Made by a program: the position numbers and the translations under genes | From: an uncultured Clostridia bacterium | Lineage (GTDB): Bacteria; Bacillota; Clostridia; Christensenellales; UBA1242 | Assembly (NCBI GenBank): GCA_944350265.1 | Contig: CALVOG010000001.1 | Location: forward strand, 149,470 to 213,469 | Direction of reading: 5' to 3' | DNA length: 64,000 bases | In this document: positions 34,052 through 44,642 of the stretch, in pieces | Layout of the letters: each line of letters begins with the position of its first letter | Position numbering within the stretch: position 1 is the first letter of the stretch | Notes under the pieces: generated by a model | Databases searched by the model: none | Seen by the model: only the letters and a program-made list of their open reading frames with translations | Told to the model about the DNA's origin: nothing

Positions 34052-34153
34052 ATTAAAATGCTGGCAAATTGAAATCAATTAAATTTAAAAATCTTAGAAA
34101 CTTCCAAAAACTAGAAAATTGCGCACAAATTTTTGCTTTTCCCTCATAAATAT

Positions 34154-34182
34154 TTGACAAAAAAGTTGTAAGATTTTAAAAT
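34154..34182 (+). promoter_or_regulatory. sigma-A promoter of PFOR gene
   Basis: TTGACA (34154-34159), 17-nt spacer, TAAAAT (34177-34182), then AAAGGAGAA RBS and ATG at 34201. Confidence 0.55.
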
Positions 34183-34200
34183 TGTTTAAAAGGAGAAATT

Positions 34201-37200
34201 ATGAAAAAAACAATAGACGGAAACACGGCTGTCGGTATGATTGCCTATAAACTTGCAGAGGTCATCCCAATCTATCCAATCACCCCATCCTCGCCAATGG
34301 CGGAATACTGCGACGGCGAACTCGCAAAAGGAAAAAAGAATATTTTTGGCACCCTTCCAACTCTCGTTGAGATGCAATCGGAAGGTGGAGCGAGCGGTGC
34401 GCTTCACGGAAGTTTATCAACTGGCGCACTTTCCACCACTTTCACTTCAAGCCAAGGGCTACTTTTGATGATTCCTAACCTATACAAAATGGCAGGCGAG
34501 CATCTCCCAGCCGTTCTTCATATCGCCGCGCGCACTGTTGCCACCCACGCCCTCTCCATATTCGGCGACCACAGCGATGTTATGGCAGTGCGACAAACTG
34601 GCGCGATACTTTTATGCTCAAACTCCGTGCAAGAGGCGCACGATTTTGCACTCATCGCGCACATTCTTGCCCTCAAAACTTCCTTGCCCGTCGTTCACTT
34701 TTTTGACGGATTTCGAACATCGCACGAAATACAAAAAATAAACATCATCACCGACGACGAAATTAAAGCACTTTTGCCAACCGAGGATATTAAGAGATTC
34801 AAACAAAGCGCGATGACAAGTAAGTCACCATACCAAAAAGGCTCCTCGCAAAACCCAGATGTATTCTTCCAAAACAGAGAAAAAAGCGCGTCCTCATATG
34901 AGAATGTTGCAGAAATATTAACGGAAATTTTCAATGATTTTGCGCGCGTTGTTGGCAGGAAATATGCCCCGCTTGAATATGTTGGAAGCAAGAACGCTGA
35001 AAATGTCATCGTGTGTATGGGCTCATCAGCGGAATGCGTTGAGGAGGTTTTGCTTGACAAAACTTTTGAGAACACCGCCCTTTTAAAGGTCCATCTATAC
35101 CGCCCGTTTTTGTATGACGCGCTCAAAATGATTCTCCCAAAAAGCGTTAAAAAGGTTATAACGCTCGACCGAACGCGCGAATTTGGTGCGCGTGACCCGC
35201 TCTACCTCGACGTTTCGAATGCGCTTAAAGGTTCGTTGTCAGTGGCTGGCGGACGCTACGGACTTGGCGGAAAGGACTTCACCCCGTCAATGGTTGCTTC
35301 CGTCATTGAAAATTTTAAGGATATGAAAGACGATTTCACTGTTGGCATCACAGATGATGTTAATTTCTCTTCGCTTAAAGAAGTTGACTACGCGCCAAAA
35401 ACCAAAAATTTCCAAATGAAGTTCTACGGGCTTGGCTCCGACGGCACGGTTTCGGCAAGCAAAAGCACGATTAAGATTTTAGGCGAAGAATTGGATAAGT
35501 ATGTGCAGGGATATTTTGAATATGACAGCAAGAAGTCGGGCAGTCTAACAAAGTCGCACATACGCGTCAGCGACAGCCCAATTAAGGCGACCTACCTTGT
35601 TAAGGACGCCGACATCATCACCATCAACAACTTCTCTTTTGTGCATCGCTATAATTGTCTTGAAGGGCTAAAAGAGAATGGCATTGTGCTTTTTAACACC
35701 ATCTTTTCGGCTGAAGAGGTGGATAAAGTTTTGCCAGCGCTTTACAAGAAAATTTTAAAGGAAAAGAACGCCAAAGTTTATGTTATCAACGCGCAAAAAA
35801 TTGCTGAAGAAGCGGGGCTTAAAAACAAAATCAACATCATTATGCAAACCGCACTTTTTAAGGTTGCAAAGATAATTGATTTCGATGTTGCATACGCTGA
35901 AATTCAAAAATATGTTGAACTCACCTATGGCAAAAAAGGTAAAAAGGTGGTGAAAAATAACCTCACCGCAATGGCTCTCGCCGTTGAAAAAATTGAAGAG
36001 GTCGATGTTAAAAAACTGACGCCTACTGGAAGCGATTTGACGCGCAAAAATATAAATGATGAGTTTTACGGCGAAATAATGAGTAAGATTGAGCGCCTAA
36101 AAGGTGACGATATTCCTGTTTCCAAGTTCGACGAGCGAGGTGTTGTTCCGCAAGGCACCGCCGATTTTGAAAAGCGCGGAATCGCCAGTCACCTCCCAAA
36201 ATATCTGCCCGCTAACTGCATTCAATGTGGGCAATGTGTTATCGCCTGCCCGCACAACGCCATTAAAGCCGTGCTTGTTAAGGCGGAAACTTTGGAAGAG
36301 TTGGAATTTGCAAAGGCGTTTGGTATGAACGGCTATCTTTACCGCATACAAGTTTCGCCCGAAGATTGCACAGGTTGCGGAGTTTGTGCAAATGTCTGCC
36401 CAAGTAAAAACAAGGCACTTGTGATGACGCCTGCAAACGAGATTTTGGAGGAAGAAAAGAAAAATTACGCCCTCGCAAAAACGCTTAAAACCGAAAAAAC
36501 CACCCCATTTTCCACCGATTTCCCAAAAGGTTTGCAGTTTAAGGACTGCTATTTCGGCTTCTCTGGCGCGTGCGGAGGCTGTGGTGAAACGCCATATATT
36601 AAACTCGCAACAATGCTTTTTGGCGAGAAAATGATTATCGCAAACGCAACGGGCTGTTCGAGTATTTACGGCGGTTCCTTCCCGTCCTGTCCGTATTTTA
36701 AGGATGAAAACGGCAGAGGACCAGCGTGGGCAAACAGCCTGTTTGAGGACAATGCGGAGTTCGGGCTTGGAATGAAGTTGGGCACAAAATATCTAAACGG
36801 CAACGAGAGCGTTTGGATTATCGGTGGTGACGGCTGGGCATATGACATTGGCTACGGCGGACTCGACCACGTTTTAAACAGTAATGAAAACGTCAACATC
36901 TTGGTTTTAGACACCGAAGTTTACTCCAACACTGGCGGACAGGCAAGTAAGTCCACCCCGCGCGGAGCAATGGTTAAATTTGCAAGCGCTGGCAAGAAAA
37001 CCAAGAAGAAAGATTTGGTTGCGCTGGCGATTGCTTCCAAAAATTGCTATGTGGCAAGCGTTAGTTTGGGCGCTGATATGGCGCAGTGTATTAAGGCGTT
37101 CAAAGAGGCTGAGGCGTTCGATGGGCCGAGCATAATCGTCGCCTACTCCCCTTGTGTGAACCACGGCTTTGATATGTCAACCACTATGGATGAGATGAAA

Positions 37201-37434
37201 AAAGCGGTTGCGTCGGGTTATTGGCAACTTGTTAGATATAATCCAAACGAAGGCGTCGTGCATATCGACTCCTCCGCCGATTTTGAGAAATATGAAGAGT
37301 TTTTAAGCGGTGAATCGCGCTATTCCGCCCTCAAAGAAATGAAGAAAGAGGATGCGGAAAAAATGCTTGCAAAGAGTAAAACCGACGCAGAACAGCGCAT
37401 AAAAACGCTAAAAAGCCTCGGCACTCAACAATAG
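34201..37434 (+). CDS. nifJ: pyruvate:ferredoxin (flavodoxin) oxidoreductase, single-polypeptide type
   Basis: N-terminal DGNTAVGMIAYKLAEVIPIYPITPSSPMAE. Two 4Fe-4S motifs, CIQCGQCVIACP and CTGCGVCANVCP. TPP motif GGDGWAYDIGYGGLDH. At 1077 aa it is about 90 aa shorter than typical NifJ. Confidence 0.9.
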   Translation: MKKTIDGNTAVGMIAYKLAEVIPIYPITPSSPMAEYCDGELAKGKKNIFGTLPTLVEMQSEGGASGALHGSLSTGALSTTFTSSQGLLLMIPNLYKMAGEHLPAVLHIAARTVATHALSIFGDHSDVMAVRQTGAILLCSNSVQEAHDFALIAHILALKTSLPVVHFFDGFRTSHEIQKINIITDDEIKALLPTEDIKRFKQSAMTSKSPYQKGSSQNPDVFFQNREKSASSYENVAEILTEIFNDFARVVGRKYAPLEYVGSKNAENVIVCMGSSAECVEEVLLDKTFENTALLKVHLYRPFLYDALKMILPKSVKKVITLDRTREFGARDPLYLDVSNALKGSLSVAGGRYGLGGKDFTPSMVASVIENFKDMKDDFTVGITDDVNFSSLKEVDYAPKTKNFQMKFYGLGSDGTVSASKSTIKILGEELDKYVQGYFEYDSKKSGSLTKSHIRVSDSPIKATYLVKDADIITINNFSFVHRYNCLEGLKENGIVLFNTIFSAEEVDKVLPALYKKILKEKNAKVYVINAQKIAEEAGLKNKINIIMQTALFKVAKIIDFDVAYAEIQKYVELTYGKKGKKVVKNNLTAMALAVEKIEEVDVKKLTPTGSDLTRKNINDEFYGEIMSKIERLKGDDIPVSKFDERGVVPQGTADFEKRGIASHLPKYLPANCIQCGQCVIACPHNAIKAVLVKAETLEELEFAKAFGMNGYLYRIQVSPEDCTGCGVCANVCPSKNKALVMTPANEILEEEKKNYALAKTLKTEKTTPFSTDFPKGLQFKDCYFGFSGACGGCGETPYIKLATMLFGEKMIIANATGCSSIYGGSFPSCPYFKDENGRGPAWANSLFEDNAEFGLGMKLGTKYLNGNESVWIIGGDGWAYDIGYGGLDHVLNSNENVNILVLDTEVYSNTGGQASKSTPRGAMVKFASAGKKTKKKDLVALAIASKNCYVASVSLGADMAQCIKAFKEAEAFDGPSIIVAYSPCVNHGFDMSTTMDEMKKAVASGYWQLVRYNPNEGVVHIDSSADFEKYEEFLSGESRYSALKEMKKEDAEKMLAKSKTDAEQRIKTLKSLGTQQ

Positions 37435-37460
37435 TCTACCGCGTAATTGGTATGTTTAAA

Positions 37461-37700
37461 GTTGCTTAGCGTGCCACAACACTTATGCTGTTAAGACTAT
37501 TGATTAATTTGTCATTCTGAGCGGAGCGAAGAATCTCGTCGTAGCCACCACCCGCGTATGTCTAACAATTCCTCAGTGGCAAAGCCACATTTTGATGTTT
37601 CGCGCATTGCGCCCTATCGCTAAATCAATGGCGCTTGGTGGCGAAGCCACATTTTGATGTATTGCGTGTTACGCTTTATTGCTTAAATCAATCGTGCTTA
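37461..37700. repeat. mosaic intergenic repeat cluster L5 (W-X-Z then two tandem Y-type units)
   Basis: X at 37508-37545 (core gcggagc). Y-type units start at 37576 and 37638 (62-bp period) with hairpins GTGGCaaaGCCAC and GTGGCgaaGCCAC. Confidence 0.85.
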
Positions 37701-37809
37701 AAAACAATACACTGCTTAAAAAAATTGCCGAAAAAAATTGACTTTTTTCACATTATTTATTATTATATAACTAAATAAGACATAACATAATCATATTTTA
37801 GGAGAAAAA

Positions 37810-38541
37810 ATGGAAGATATTTTCAAGTCTTGGCTGGTGGAAACGCCAATCGCTCACAGAGGTTTGCACGATAAAACACACCCGGAAAATTCACTTGGCG
37901 CTTTCCAAAGAGCGTGCGAAAGTGGTTACGCAATCGAACTTGACGTGCAACTGCTTGCCGACGAAACCGTTGTTGTTTTCCACGACGAAAGTTTGTCGCG
38001 TATGACAGGCAACGATGGCTATTTGAAGTTTTTAAACAAAGAAGATTTGAAAGTTCTCTCATTAGGCGGAACGAAAGAGCATATCCCAACTTTCGAAGAG
38101 GTGCTTGCCCTTGTTGACGGTAAAACTCCCCTTTTAATTGAGATTAAAAATCAATTTAAGGTGGGAAAGTTGGAGCAAAAAGTTATCGACCTTTTGAAAG
38201 ATTATAAGGGCGAATTTGCGGTGCAGTCGTTCAATCCGTTTTCGTTGAACTACTTTAAGCATCACGCGCCAAGCATTCTTCGCGGTCAACTTTCTGGCTA
38301 TTTCAAAGGCGAAAAACTCGCATATTTCAAGAAATTTTTGCTGAAACGTATGGCATTCAATAAGAACATAAGCGAGCCACACTTCAATTCTTACGACGCA
38401 ACCACCCTCCCGAACCGCTTTGTGAAAAAATATAAAAATTTGCCACTGCTTGCGTGGACTGTGCGCAGTAAGGAAGATTATTTAAAAGTTGTGAAGCATT
38501 GCGATAACATTATTTTTGAAAACTTCATCCCAGAGATTTAA
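37810..38541 (+). CDS. glycerophosphodiester phosphodiesterase (cytoplasmic UgpQ-like)
   Basis: IAHRGL, ENSLGAF, ELDVQL, HIPTFEEVL, LLIEIK. 243 aa, no signal peptide. Confidence 0.85.
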   Translation: MEDIFKSWLVETPIAHRGLHDKTHPENSLGAFQRACESGYAIELDVQLLADETVVVFHDESLSRMTGNDGYLKFLNKEDLKVLSLGGTKEHIPTFEEVLALVDGKTPLLIEIKNQFKVGKLEQKVIDLLKDYKGEFAVQSFNPFSLNYFKHHAPSILRGQLSGYFKGEKLAYFKKFLLKRMAFNKNISEPHFNSYDATTLPNRFVKKYKNLPLLAWTVRSKEDYLKVVKHCDNIIFENFIPEI

Positions 38542-38550
38542 GCGTAAAAT

Positions 38551-38690
38551 CACCTATATTACCCGCCCGCGAATGTCTAATCTTTCCTCTTACCGCCAAC
38601 TAAACACGGCTAAACTTTAAACACCTCACTTACCCAAGCACGCGGGCATTCTTAGACAACCCCGAAGAATGGTCGTTTATGGTGATTTTA
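38551..38690. repeat. mosaic repeat cluster L6 (long Z plus diverged X)
   Basis: acccgcccgcgaatgtctaatctttcctc ... aaacacggctaaac ... cccaagcacgcgggcattcttagacaaccccgaagaatggtcg. Confidence 0.8.
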
Positions 38691-38720
38691 ATGCGCCACA
38701 AACTAATGTCAAAAATAAAA

Positions 38721-38748
38721 AACTCCACTAGATGTGGAGTTCTTTTTT
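38721..38748. terminator. bidirectional terminator between convergent genes
   Basis: AACTCCAC-tagat-GTGGAGTT with an A-run before and TTTTTT after. Confidence 0.65.
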
Positions 38749-38818
38749 AATGAAATTTACAATATGGTATGAAGAAATTCGTTGAGTTTTTCTCGCTGAT
38801 ATCGTCAATTTTTAATCA

Positions 38819-40564
38819 TCACAGTGGAAGGTCTTTCTTTTCGAACCTAAACACACCAATAATGAAAGTCACAATGGAGATACCCACCAAGATTGCGAAC
38901 TTCCACGCAAAAGCAATGGCGCCTTCGAGTATGGAAACGGTGTCGAAGAGTGAGATAATGGAGAAATAGTTAAACACATTCATTGCGTCAATCCTCATTG
39001 CGGACGGCACAACATTCGAACCGAAAAGCCCCAAAATTGTGCATACCAGCATAAAGATTGAAAGCCCGCCACCAATCGACATTGAGTATTTCGAGCGGTT
39101 GAAGATTGCCGAGCACATAAAACAATAGCCCGCAAAAGCGAAAGCGGTTAAGAATGCGCCCAAATTAAAGAAGCAAATCTCCGCGAAGTTTATGGCGAAA
39201 TTATTTCCGCCCACCACCCAAATGGAAATAACGCTTGTGATTGTCACCAAGAGGAACATTGCAAAAAGTGAGAGCATAAGGTAAGCCATTTGCGTCACTG
39301 CCACCGTGCGCCTTTTGGTTGGAGTGGAAAGAACGTATGCCATCGAGCCGGAATCCACTTGCCCAGCCAGCAAGCCGTTTGCCACCATTATCACAAACAC
39401 GAGTGGAAGCAAAAGCCCCGCGATACGGTAGAAAATCGAGCCGATAATAAGCCCATAGATATCCATATTGCCAAGTTCTTCAAGTGCCTCACCAACATCA
39501 GGCGGAATTTGGTCGGTTATACTCTCCACCGCCTCACTTCGTGCCTTGTCCTTAATTTCGGCTTGTGTTAGGTCTGGGTATTTTTCGGTGTTAGAATATT
39601 CGTCAAGCCAAAGTTCGTAGGTGCTAAGCGCGGTGTTAGCCAAAACCTTTGCAACAACGCCGTATTGCTCCGCGGTGTTAAGTTCCTCTTCCGTGGCATT
39701 CTCCTCGCCGTTTGGAAGATACTTAGCGCGCGCCTCTTCGTATATCATATTGATAACATACGCCTTTGCCTCTTCCTTAAACATTTCCTCGTCATAAACA
39801 AAGTCGTCAGCACTTGCCTTCTCAGCATAGGACGAAAATGCGTCGTTTGTGAGTTTTTCTGCTTGCTTGGCATACTCGCTTGCAACCGCCTCTTCTTCGC
39901 CCTTTTCGATATATAGTTCATATGCCGTCATCCCCGCATATTCAACAAAATTTTCTTTTAATGCGTCTTTTAACTCATTAAGAGCCTCTGCATATGCAAG
40001 TTGATATGCTGGGTTATCCGCGCCGTTGGTATACGTGTCATCAACATAATCGGCTGGGTTTGGCAAAGTAAAGGTTGGATTGTCGTCACGCACCATAAAG
40101 AGGATATAGAAAAATTGCGCAAGTTCTTCCTCCGTCATATCCATTCCCATAAGAGACACAAGCGGTGCATACTTCGACGAAAGGCTCAAACTTACCTCAC
40201 TTTTGAGCGCATCTTTCTCGGCGTCGGTAGGATTTTCCAAAGCGTCAACGGCGTCCGCGTAATCTTTAACCAGGGTTCCATACATCCCTCCCAACGCACC
40301 AAAAGTTTGAGGGTCGTTGATATTATGCGCAAACGTCACCGAAAGATTGTAAGCGTCATAACTGTCAACGGTGTTTTCCTTTAAAAAGCCTTCCTGGCCT
40401 GCCTCGGTGAACACACCTTTAAGCGAATCGCGTATGTCATTAATCGCCAAACTTCCAAGCACGATGATGACAATGGCAAGCATAACGCACGTTGCCACGG
40501 TGACGCACAGCCACTTCACCCAGTTTGCCTTCATAGACTGTTTAAAAAGCGCCTTACTAAACAT
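38819..40564 (-). CDS. ABC-2 type transporter permease with large acidic extracytoplasmic domain (581 aa)
   Basis: One N-terminal TM segment, an acidic domain of about 330 aa, then 5-6 C-terminal TM segments. Translationally coupled to two upstream ABC ATPase genes. Confidence 0.65.
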   Translation of the reverse strand: MFSKALFKQSMKANWVKWLCVTVATCVMLAIVIIVLGSLAINDIRDSLKGVFTEAGQEGFLKENTVDSYDAYNLSVTFAHNINDPQTFGALGGMYGTLVKDYADAVDALENPTDAEKDALKSEVSLSLSSKYAPLVSLMGMDMTEEELAQFFYILFMVRDDNPTFTLPNPADYVDDTYTNGADNPAYQLAYAEALNELKDALKENFVEYAGMTAYELYIEKGEEEAVASEYAKQAEKLTNDAFSSYAEKASADDFVYDEEMFKEEAKAYVINMIYEEARAKYLPNGEENATEEELNTAEQYGVVAKVLANTALSTYELWLDEYSNTEKYPDLTQAEIKDKARSEAVESITDQIPPDVGEALEELGNMDIYGLIIGSIFYRIAGLLLPLVFVIMVANGLLAGQVDSGSMAYVLSTPTKRRTVAVTQMAYLMLSLFAMFLLVTITSVISIWVVGGNNFAINFAEICFFNLGAFLTAFAFAGYCFMCSAIFNRSKYSMSIGGGLSIFMLVCTILGLFGSNVVPSAMRIDAMNVFNYFSIISLFDTVSILEGAIAFAWKFAILVGISIVTFIIGVFRFEKKDLPL

Positions 40565-41471
40565 TTTGCCCTCCTTTCAACTCTTTTTCAAGCACCTTTT
40601 TGAAGTGCTTTTCAAGGTTATACTTAACTTCTGCAATAAACTTCAACTTATAGTTTTTAAGCGACCGAAAAAGTTTGTTAATCTCGCCGTCGTCAATTTC
40701 CACAGTCACTTGGAAATATTTTTCTTGGTCGCGCACAATTTTATATTTAAGTTTCTTAAATTTTTGATAATCTTCCTTGTTTAAAAATTCGATTTTAAAG
40801 GATTTTATTGTGGAATTTTTCAGCGCGTTGACGTCGGCAATATCAATAATCTTTCCCTCATATATGAGCGCCACTCGGTCGCAAGTGGTTTCAAGTTCGT
40901 CGAACATTTGACTGCTCATAAGAATGGTCTTTCCGCGCTTTTTCTCTTCAAGTATTAGTTCCAAAAAAGTTTCGCGCATAAGTGGGTCAAGCCCCGTGGT
41001 TGGTTCGTCCAAAATGAGGATGTCCTTATCCGCCATAAGTGCCGCAACGATTGCCGTTTTTTGCTTCATACCCTTACTCATCCTCTTCAAATTTGCCGAC
41101 GGGTCAAGTTGAAGGCGTTTCACAAGTTCGTCCGCGCGCGACATATCATTAAGTTTTAAAAGTTCCGCTTGCGCCTTTAAAAATTCAATTCCCGTTGAGA
41201 GGTCTGGGAAGGCAATCTCGCCAGGAATGTATGCCACATTTTCCTTAATTTTGCACGAATCTTTCCACGCGTCCAACCCTTGCACAAAAACCTGCCCGCG
41301 CTTTGGCTTAATGAAGCCCATTATGTGGCGGATTGTGGTGGTTTTACCGCTCCCGTTCGTGCCGACAAAGCCGAAAGTTTCACCCTTTTTCACAAAAAAA
41401 CTGACATCGAAAATACCGCGCCCGCCACCGTAGTCCTTTGTGAGGTGTTCTGCCTTAATCACTTCTTCCAC
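40557..41471 (-). CDS. ABC transporter ATP-binding protein
   Basis: GTNGSGKTT, MSKGMKQK, LILDEPTTGLD, plus a C-terminal extension of about 80 aa. Confidence 0.85.
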   Translation of the reverse strand: MEEVIKAEHLTKDYGGGRGIFDVSFFVKKGETFGFVGTNGSGKTTTIRHIMGFIKPKRGQVFVQGLDAWKDSCKIKENVAYIPGEIAFPDLSTGIEFLKAQAELLKLNDMSRADELVKRLQLDPSANLKRMSKGMKQKTAIVAALMADKDILILDEPTTGLDPLMRETFLELILEEKKRGKTILMSSQMFDELETTCDRVALIYEGKIIDIADVNALKNSTIKSFKIEFLNKEDYQKFKKLKYKIVRDQEKYFQVTVEIDDGEINKLFRSLKNYKLKFIAEVKYNLEKHFKKVLEKELKGGQNV

Positions 41472-42415
41472 AGCATACCTCCATAGTTTTTATCCTCCTT
41501 ATAAAAGGTCATAAAATAGTCCTCAAGCGTCAATTTAAGTTCGGCAAACGATTTGATTTTATACTTTGCAATCTCGGCAACAAAATCGTTCACCTCGCTG
41601 TCATTCACCGCAACGTGGACGGATAATTTTTTCTTAAAAACATCCTTCACGCCAAATTTTTTCACCAAATCGTCCTTCATTTTGGCTTTTGGGAAATTCT
41701 TTATAAATTCATCCAAATCTTTCTCGCTTTCAAATCTCACATCATAAACCTTGTTTTCGTTATGCTTAATGAAATTTGTGTTGAAGATTGTGACGATTCT
41801 TCCGTCCTTAATTATGGCAATTCTATCACAAGTCGCTTCAACCTCATTGAACATATGCGAAGAGAGCAAAATGGTTTTTCCGCGCTTTTTCTCCTCCTTA
41901 ATAAATTCAATAAAAACCTGTTGCATAACTGGGTCAAGCCCACTTGTTGGCTCGTCTAAAATAAGCACCTCAGGGTCGTCCATAAACGCCACCACAATGG
42001 CAAGTTTACGCTTTTCGCCCAAACTCATACTCTTTGTGGCAACCGCAGGATTGAGGTCGAACTTTTTAAGAAGATAGATGAGCCGTTCCTTGTCTTTAGT
42101 TTTACGTAAATCGCCCATCATTTTGATAAATTCCCAGCCTGTCAATCCCTCAGGAAGCGCGATTTCGCCTGGCAGATAGCCCACGTTTGAGAGGATTTTG
42201 TGATAGTTATGAAAACTCTCTAGGTTAAACACCCTCGTCTCACCCTTTTGCGGACGCGAAAAGCCCATAATGTGGCGGATTGTGGTCGATTTTCCCGCAC
42301 CGTTTGGACCTAAAAAGCCGAAAACTTCTCCTTCGCGTATGGAAAAATTCACGTCAAACACACCTCTGCCGTGTCCGTAGTCCTGCGTCAAGTGGTCAAC
42401 CGTAATGATATCCAT
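41459..42415 (-). CDS. ABC transporter ATP-binding protein (paralog of the downstream ATPase)
   Basis: GPNGAGKST, MSLGEKRK, LILDEPTSGLD, plus a C-terminal extension. Confidence 0.85.
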   Translation of the reverse strand: MDIITVDHLTQDYGHGRGVFDVNFSIREGEVFGFLGPNGAGKSTTIRHIMGFSRPQKGETRVFNLESFHNYHKILSNVGYLPGEIALPEGLTGWEFIKMMGDLRKTKDKERLIYLLKKFDLNPAVATKSMSLGEKRKLAIVVAFMDDPEVLILDEPTSGLDPVMQQVFIEFIKEEKKRGKTILLSSHMFNEVEATCDRIAIIKDGRIVTIFNTNFIKHNENKVYDVRFESEKDLDEFIKNFPKAKMKDDLVKKFGVKDVFKKKLSVHVAVNDSEVNDFVAEIAKYKIKSFAELKLTLEDYFMTFYKEDKNYGGMLWKK

Positions 42416-42490
42416 ACGCCCTCCTCATTGTATATATATTATATAACATTTATAGAAAAAATCAAATAAAAAATGAAAGATTTTTAAAGG

Positions 42491-42650
42491 TAGTGGCGAA
42501 GCCACTTTCTAAGGTATCGCATATTAGACTGCGTCTGTTGCGCAAAAGGCTAATTTACCTATCACCGCCCGCGAACGTCTAATCTTTCCTATTTTTGCTA
42601 GAAAAACACAGCTAAACATAAAACACCTCAACAATCCAAGCGCGCTTGTC
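42491..42650. repeat. mosaic repeat cluster L7 (Y plus long Z)
   Basis: The Y hairpin is GTGGCgaaGCCAC. Then caccgcccgcgaacgtctaatctttcc ... aaacacagctaaac ... atccaagcgcgcttg. Confidence 0.85.
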
Positions 42651-42682
42651 AAATGCTCAAACCGTGCCGATAGCACTTTCAT

Positions 42683-44641
42683 TTATTCCATCATCTTTAA
42701 GATGTCGCCCTCCGAAATAATCTTAACGCCCAGCGCCTTCGCCTTATCCAATTTACTGCCCGCCTCTTCGCCTGCCAAAACAAAAGAGGTGTTTTTTGAA
42801 ACTGACGACGAAACCTTCCCGCCGTGTTTTTCAATGAGCGCGCTCATATCAGGGCGAGAGTAATGCGGAAGGGTGCCTGTCAGCACGAAAGTTAGCCCCT
42901 CAAGTTTATTCGACAGCGCGACGCTTTCATTATCCAAAATGCTAACCCCAAGCGAAAACAGCCTGTCAATCTCCTTCAAATTTTCCTCGTCGGCGAAATA
43001 TTCCACAATATTTTTTGCAATAATCTCGCCAACATCATCAACGCGCACAAGTTCTTCGACGGTTGCCTTTTCAATATTTTCCAGCGTTTTAAACTCCTTT
43101 GCGATGTCCTTCGCCGTCTTTATGCCCACCTCGCTTATGCCAAGCGCATAGAGGAAGCGGTAAAGTTCCACCTCCTTTGCCTTTTGAATGGATGACACAA
43201 TGTTTGTCGCCTTTTTCTCCTTAAATTTTTCTAACGTCATAAGTTGCTCGGCGCTCAATTTAAAGAGGTCGGAAAACTCATTGACGCCAAGGTCAAGGTG
43301 GAATTTTTCCAGCGATTTTTCGTTCAGCCCCTCAATATTCATCGCCTCACGGCTGACAAAATGAGTGAGACGCGAAATTATTTGTTCCACACAGCCGTCG
43401 CGATTTTTGCAGTAAAGAAGAGGACCTTTCTTCACAAGTTTTTCGCCACAGCACGGGCAAAAAGATGGCTCAACAATCTCCTTTGAATTGTCGTATTTTT
43501 CAGCAAGCCCCAAAACTTCTGGGATAACCTCGTTCGAGCGACGAATAAAGATGCGTGAGTTAATCATAACGCCCTTTTTGCGGATGTCCTCGATGTTGTT
43601 AAGAGTTGCTCGCGATATATTCGCGCCCGCAAGTTCAACCGGCTCCAAAATCGCGGTTGGCGTAACCTTTCCCGTTCGCCCCACCTGCCAAACGACGTCC
43701 TTTAAAATTGTGGAGGTTTCAAGCGCCTCAAACTTAAACGCCATCGCCCATTTTGGGAATTTGTTGGTGTAGCCAATCTCTTCGCGGTGCGCCGTTTCGT
43801 TAAGTTTAATCACCATACCGTCAATCATAACGTCAAGTTTATCCTTAACCTTATCCACCTTTTCGATTTCCTCTTCTGCCTCCTCGGCGGTTTTCACAAC
43901 CTTAAAATAATCCCCCGTCAAAAAGTGGTTTTCCTTCAAAAAGTTATGCATATCAACCTGCGAAGAAAAATTTTTGTTTTCGGCGTAGAGAACTTCATAG
44001 CAAAAGAAGTCAAGTTGGCGCTTAGCGGTTTCTTTTGGGTCCAAATTTCTTATCGCGCCCGCCACGCCATTTCGCGGATTTTTAAGAGGCTCAACGGCGT
44101 TTTTATTATAGCGGTTAAATGCGCGCATTGTCATCATACCCTCGCCTCGCACCAAAAGTTTGCCTTTAAAAGGAACGGACAGCGGGACGCTTTTGATGGT
44201 TCGCACCTGCTCGGTGACCACTTCGCCAACCTCGCCATTTCCTCTTGTTGTGGCGCTTTTAAAAAGCCCGTTTTCATACTCAACAACAATGGTCAGCCCG
44301 TCAAATTTATACTCCAAACTGAATGTTGGATTGCTTTGAAACTCTGCCATATCGCTCATAAACTTTTTCAAATCGCCAAATGAGCGCACCTTATTCATTG
44401 AGTAAAGCCGAACGTCGTGCTTCTTCTTTTCAAACTTATCAAGCGCGCTTCCGCCCACCCTTTGAGTTGGCGAATTTGGTAAAATCACACCCGTTTCCTT
44501 TTCCAAATCGACAAGTTCGTAGTATAGCGCATCGTATTCCTTATCGGAAATTGTTGGTGCGTCGAGGTCGTAGTAATATTTGTTGTGCTTATTAACCTCA
44601 TCCACCAAAAATTTCATACGTTCCAATTTGTCCATTCCCAT
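42683..44641 (-). CDS. ligA: NAD-dependent DNA ligase
   Basis: Adenylation site EYKFDGL, Zn finger CPCCGEKLV..YC.N..C, HhH region, C-terminal BRCT (FVLTGTL). The RBS lies within the pcrA stop region. Confidence 0.95.
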   Translation of the reverse strand: MGMDKLERMKFLVDEVNKHNKYYYDLDAPTISDKEYDALYYELVDLEKETGVILPNSPTQRVGGSALDKFEKKKHDVRLYSMNKVRSFGDLKKFMSDMAEFQSNPTFSLEYKFDGLTIVVEYENGLFKSATTRGNGEVGEVVTEQVRTIKSVPLSVPFKGKLLVRGEGMMTMRAFNRYNKNAVEPLKNPRNGVAGAIRNLDPKETAKRQLDFFCYEVLYAENKNFSSQVDMHNFLKENHFLTGDYFKVVKTAEEAEEEIEKVDKVKDKLDVMIDGMVIKLNETAHREEIGYTNKFPKWAMAFKFEALETSTILKDVVWQVGRTGKVTPTAILEPVELAGANISRATLNNIEDIRKKGVMINSRIFIRRSNEVIPEVLGLAEKYDNSKEIVEPSFCPCCGEKLVKKGPLLYCKNRDGCVEQIISRLTHFVSREAMNIEGLNEKSLEKFHLDLGVNEFSDLFKLSAEQLMTLEKFKEKKATNIVSSIQKAKEVELYRFLYALGISEVGIKTAKDIAKEFKTLENIEKATVEELVRVDDVGEIIAKNIVEYFADEENLKEIDRLFSLGVSILDNESVALSNKLEGLTFVLTGTLPHYSRPDMSALIEKHGGKVSSSVSKNTSFVLAGEEAGSKLDKAKALGVKIISEGDILKMME

Positions 44642-44642
44642 T

